Assembly: GCA_030390025.1 (NCBI GenBank)
Contig: CM059433.1
Span: 9,922,001 to 9,986,000 of the forward strand
Direction: 5' to 3'
Origin: Squalus acanthias
Taxonomy: Eukaryota
Length of the DNA: 64,000 nt
The notes beneath the pieces were generated by a model. The model had not been told where the DNA came from and did no database searches. It saw only the letters and a list, made by a program, of their open reading frames with translations. Shown here one piece after another: positions 61,691-64,000 of the stretch (position 1 is its first letter; each line of letters opens with the position of its first letter). Both the position numbers and the translations under genes were made by a program.

Positions 61691-62539
61691 TATTTGCTAG
61701 CCCCACAATTACCTATATGTAAGTTTTTCTTTGAGAATAGTATCTTAAATTTAATAGCAAAACTCCAGAGTAACGAAATGCAATAATATTGCAGAAAAGA
61801 AGCATCTAATGATTGAAGTTAGGTTCCCTGAATCACTTGCTTACCTGAAATTTATGACATTCCCCTCTTTCACCTCAGAGAGTTAACCTCAAACTTCAAA
61901 CTGCTGTCAATAACCACATGGTTACCAGCGGTGATTAGTACTATTATCGAGTCATTATTGATGGGTTCAGCTGAAGGTCAGCTGCATAATCTTTCTTTCC
62001 ATTGATTTGGCAAATTAGCCAGGGATGAGACAGAGGGTAGAAGGATGCGTGATTGAGCTGGAAGCAACACCAACTGGCATCTTTTTATCCTCTATGAAGA
62101 GGATACGATCGATTCGTGTGGGATTCAGCACTTGTAGTACAATGTAGCGTGGTATCCCTATAGTTAACTGGGCGGCAGGTTTCTTTTTTAACAGTGGTGT
62201 TCTACAGTTTCAGAGCCAGTGGGTGGCGGCGGGGGGGGGGAGGGGGCCAAGGCTGGCTGTGCTGTGTTATGAGTTAATTTTCCAAGTTGGCACTCCTGCT
62301 GCTGAGCTTCACGCCACAGGAGTGCAGATCAAGGGCATGGAGGTCAGCGTGTCCGGTTGCCTGCACGTCAGTTATATGCCGTTAAGGTTCATTCTGCGAT
62401 TCCCTGCCTCCCCCCCATGCTGAGTCTCACTACATTTGAGTGCGTGTCGGAGATGGGTGCCACACCACTGGGATTCACCAACGTGCCCAGCGGGGCTCAG
62501 CATCAGGATCACCGAATTACCCTTGAGATGGTGGGAACG

Positions 62540-62812
62540 GCAGGATAGTGGTTGTGATACTAGACGAGTAATCCGGAGGCCTGGACTAATGATCCCACCA
62601 CGACAGCCGTGGAATTTAAATTCTGTTAATTAAATAATTACGGATTGTCGTAACAACCCATCTGGTACACTAATGCCCATTTAGGGAAGAAAATCGGCTG
62701 CCTTTACCAGCTCTGGCCTACATGTGACTCCAGACCCACACCAATGTGGTTGACTTTTAACTGCCCTCCGAAAGGGCCCAGAAAGCCACTCAGTTGTATC
62801 AAACTGCTAGGA
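62540..62812 (+). mobile_element. SINE-like repeat fragment
   Basis: CTGGCCTACATGTGACTCCAGACCCAC...TGTGGTTGACT...AAGCCACTCAGTTG, which I recall as a widespread vertebrate SINE body; family not assigned. Confidence 0.5.
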
Positions 62813-63151
62813 AAAACACTGGGGCAGAATTTGTGGTCAGTATGACGGCATGCTCTCAGAGTATGCTGTCATACCACCTTTGAGATTGACCGCAGGTTCG
62901 GGATTTCCACATGCACCGACCTCCTTTTCATTTCAGAGCAAAGATTACAAGGGTGTTTCACAAGGATGTTTTTCGTAGAAAAAGATGTTCCTTGTTTTTT
63001 TTTTATTCGTTTATGGGATGTGGGCGTCGCCCATCCCTAATTGCCCTTGAGAAGATGGTGGTGAGCCGCCGCCTTCTATGAACCTTGTGCAGTAGCTGCG
63101 ATGAATTTCACAAAACTGGTCACCCACAGAAAAAAAAAAGGAAAAGGACGC

Positions 63152-63323
63152 GGCCGAGAAATTCGTCTCGGGTGGTGACGAAAAACGGGCGATATCGGAT
63201 CGGCCGCCCGTTATACGCAGTGTCTGATATTCTGTTCCGTTGACTGCAATAGACTGAATATCAGGCGCGGCTCACAACGATACTGCCCGCTTTGCGCCAC
63301 CGTCCGAGACGAATTTCTAGCCC
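63152..63323. mobile_element. Palindromic MITE
   Basis: AGAAATTCGTCTCGG ... CCGAGACGAATTTCT perfect 15 bp inverted pair. Confidence 0.8.
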
Positions 63324-63345
63324 CAAGCATCTAATGTTTTCGGTT

Positions 63346-63819
63346 CAACAACAGAAAACGCTGGAAAAACTCAGCAGGCCAGGCAGCATCCGTGGAGAGA
63401 GAAACAGAGTTAACGTTTCAGGTCGAAGACCTTTCGTCAGAACTGGAAAAAAGCAGGAAATGAAATAGATTTAAAGCAAGTGTAATGCTGGGAAAAGGGG
63501 GAGGGGATGAAAGAACAAAAGGGAAGGTCAGTGGTGTGTTAGAAAGCAGGAGAGATTAAGAGACATTAAGAGATAATCAAGGCAAGAGGAGGTGGTAATG
63601 TGACAGGTAGAGGCTAGATGAAGTGTGAACTGGGCTGGCAGAATGAAGGACAGCTGCCAGCGTCTGGGAGGGAAGAAAAGGGGCCCAACAAAAGGGTGGA
63701 TGAAAAAATAAAATAAAACAATATATATATGTGATAGGGGCCAAGGTTATGATCTGGAATTGTTGAACTCGATGTTGAGTCCAGAGGGCTGTAGGGTGCC
63801 TAAACGAAAGATGAGGTGC
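63346..63819 (-). mobile_element. PLE family B 3' fragment
   Basis: Reverse-complement homologue of 12190-12657; TSD TGTTTTCGGTT at 63335-63345 and 63820-63830. Confidence 0.88.
63408..63444 (-). ncRNA. Minimal hammerhead ribozyme (PLE family B)
   Basis: AGUU-CUGACGA-A-AGGUC(UUC)GACCU-GAA-ACGU-U-AACU: intact core, palindromic ACGU stem III. Confidence 0.8.
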
Positions 63820-64000
63820 TGTTTTCGGTTAACTGTTTGAAATGCCGATGACATCGCTGACTATTCCCTGAGGCTTTCATGATTCAGACCAATTTAACAA
63901 ACTACTATGAAATGCAATTTCCGTGCAGTGAAACTTTTGCACACAAGAAGCCTAGACACACAAGCAGGATATGTACTTCGCCTCCGCTGAAATAAAGCAT

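Overview
Vertebrate genomic DNA, almost certainly a cartilaginous fish (shark), judged from its repeat families: CR1 LINEs with octamer tails, Deu-domain SINEs, Penelope-like elements (PLEs) and GC-rich PIF/Harbinger MITEs. I found no recognisable host protein-coding exon. Most of the window is nested transposable elements. Main items: (1) a ~3.9 kb CCCCAGT(CT)n polypyrimidine satellite inside CpG-rich, promoter-like sequence; the huge SL/RE ORFs over it are artefacts. (2) A young PLE insertion with RT and GIY-YIG domains, identical inverted pseudo-LTRs carrying minimal hammerhead ribozymes, a 13-15 bp TSD and an in-frame internal duplication. (3) Short palindromic PLE derivatives whose fold-back points lie inside the ribozyme. 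(4) A full-length but recently inactivated Harbinger transposon (DDE transposase plus a 3-exon Myb/SANT partner gene), with several MITE and deletion derivatives nearby. (5) A Vingi/I-group LINE fragment, RTE, L2, Zenon-like CR1, a Tigger-like MITE and two solo-LTR-like inserts. Family names come from motif recognition by eye, not database searches, and boundaries of old repeats are approximate.
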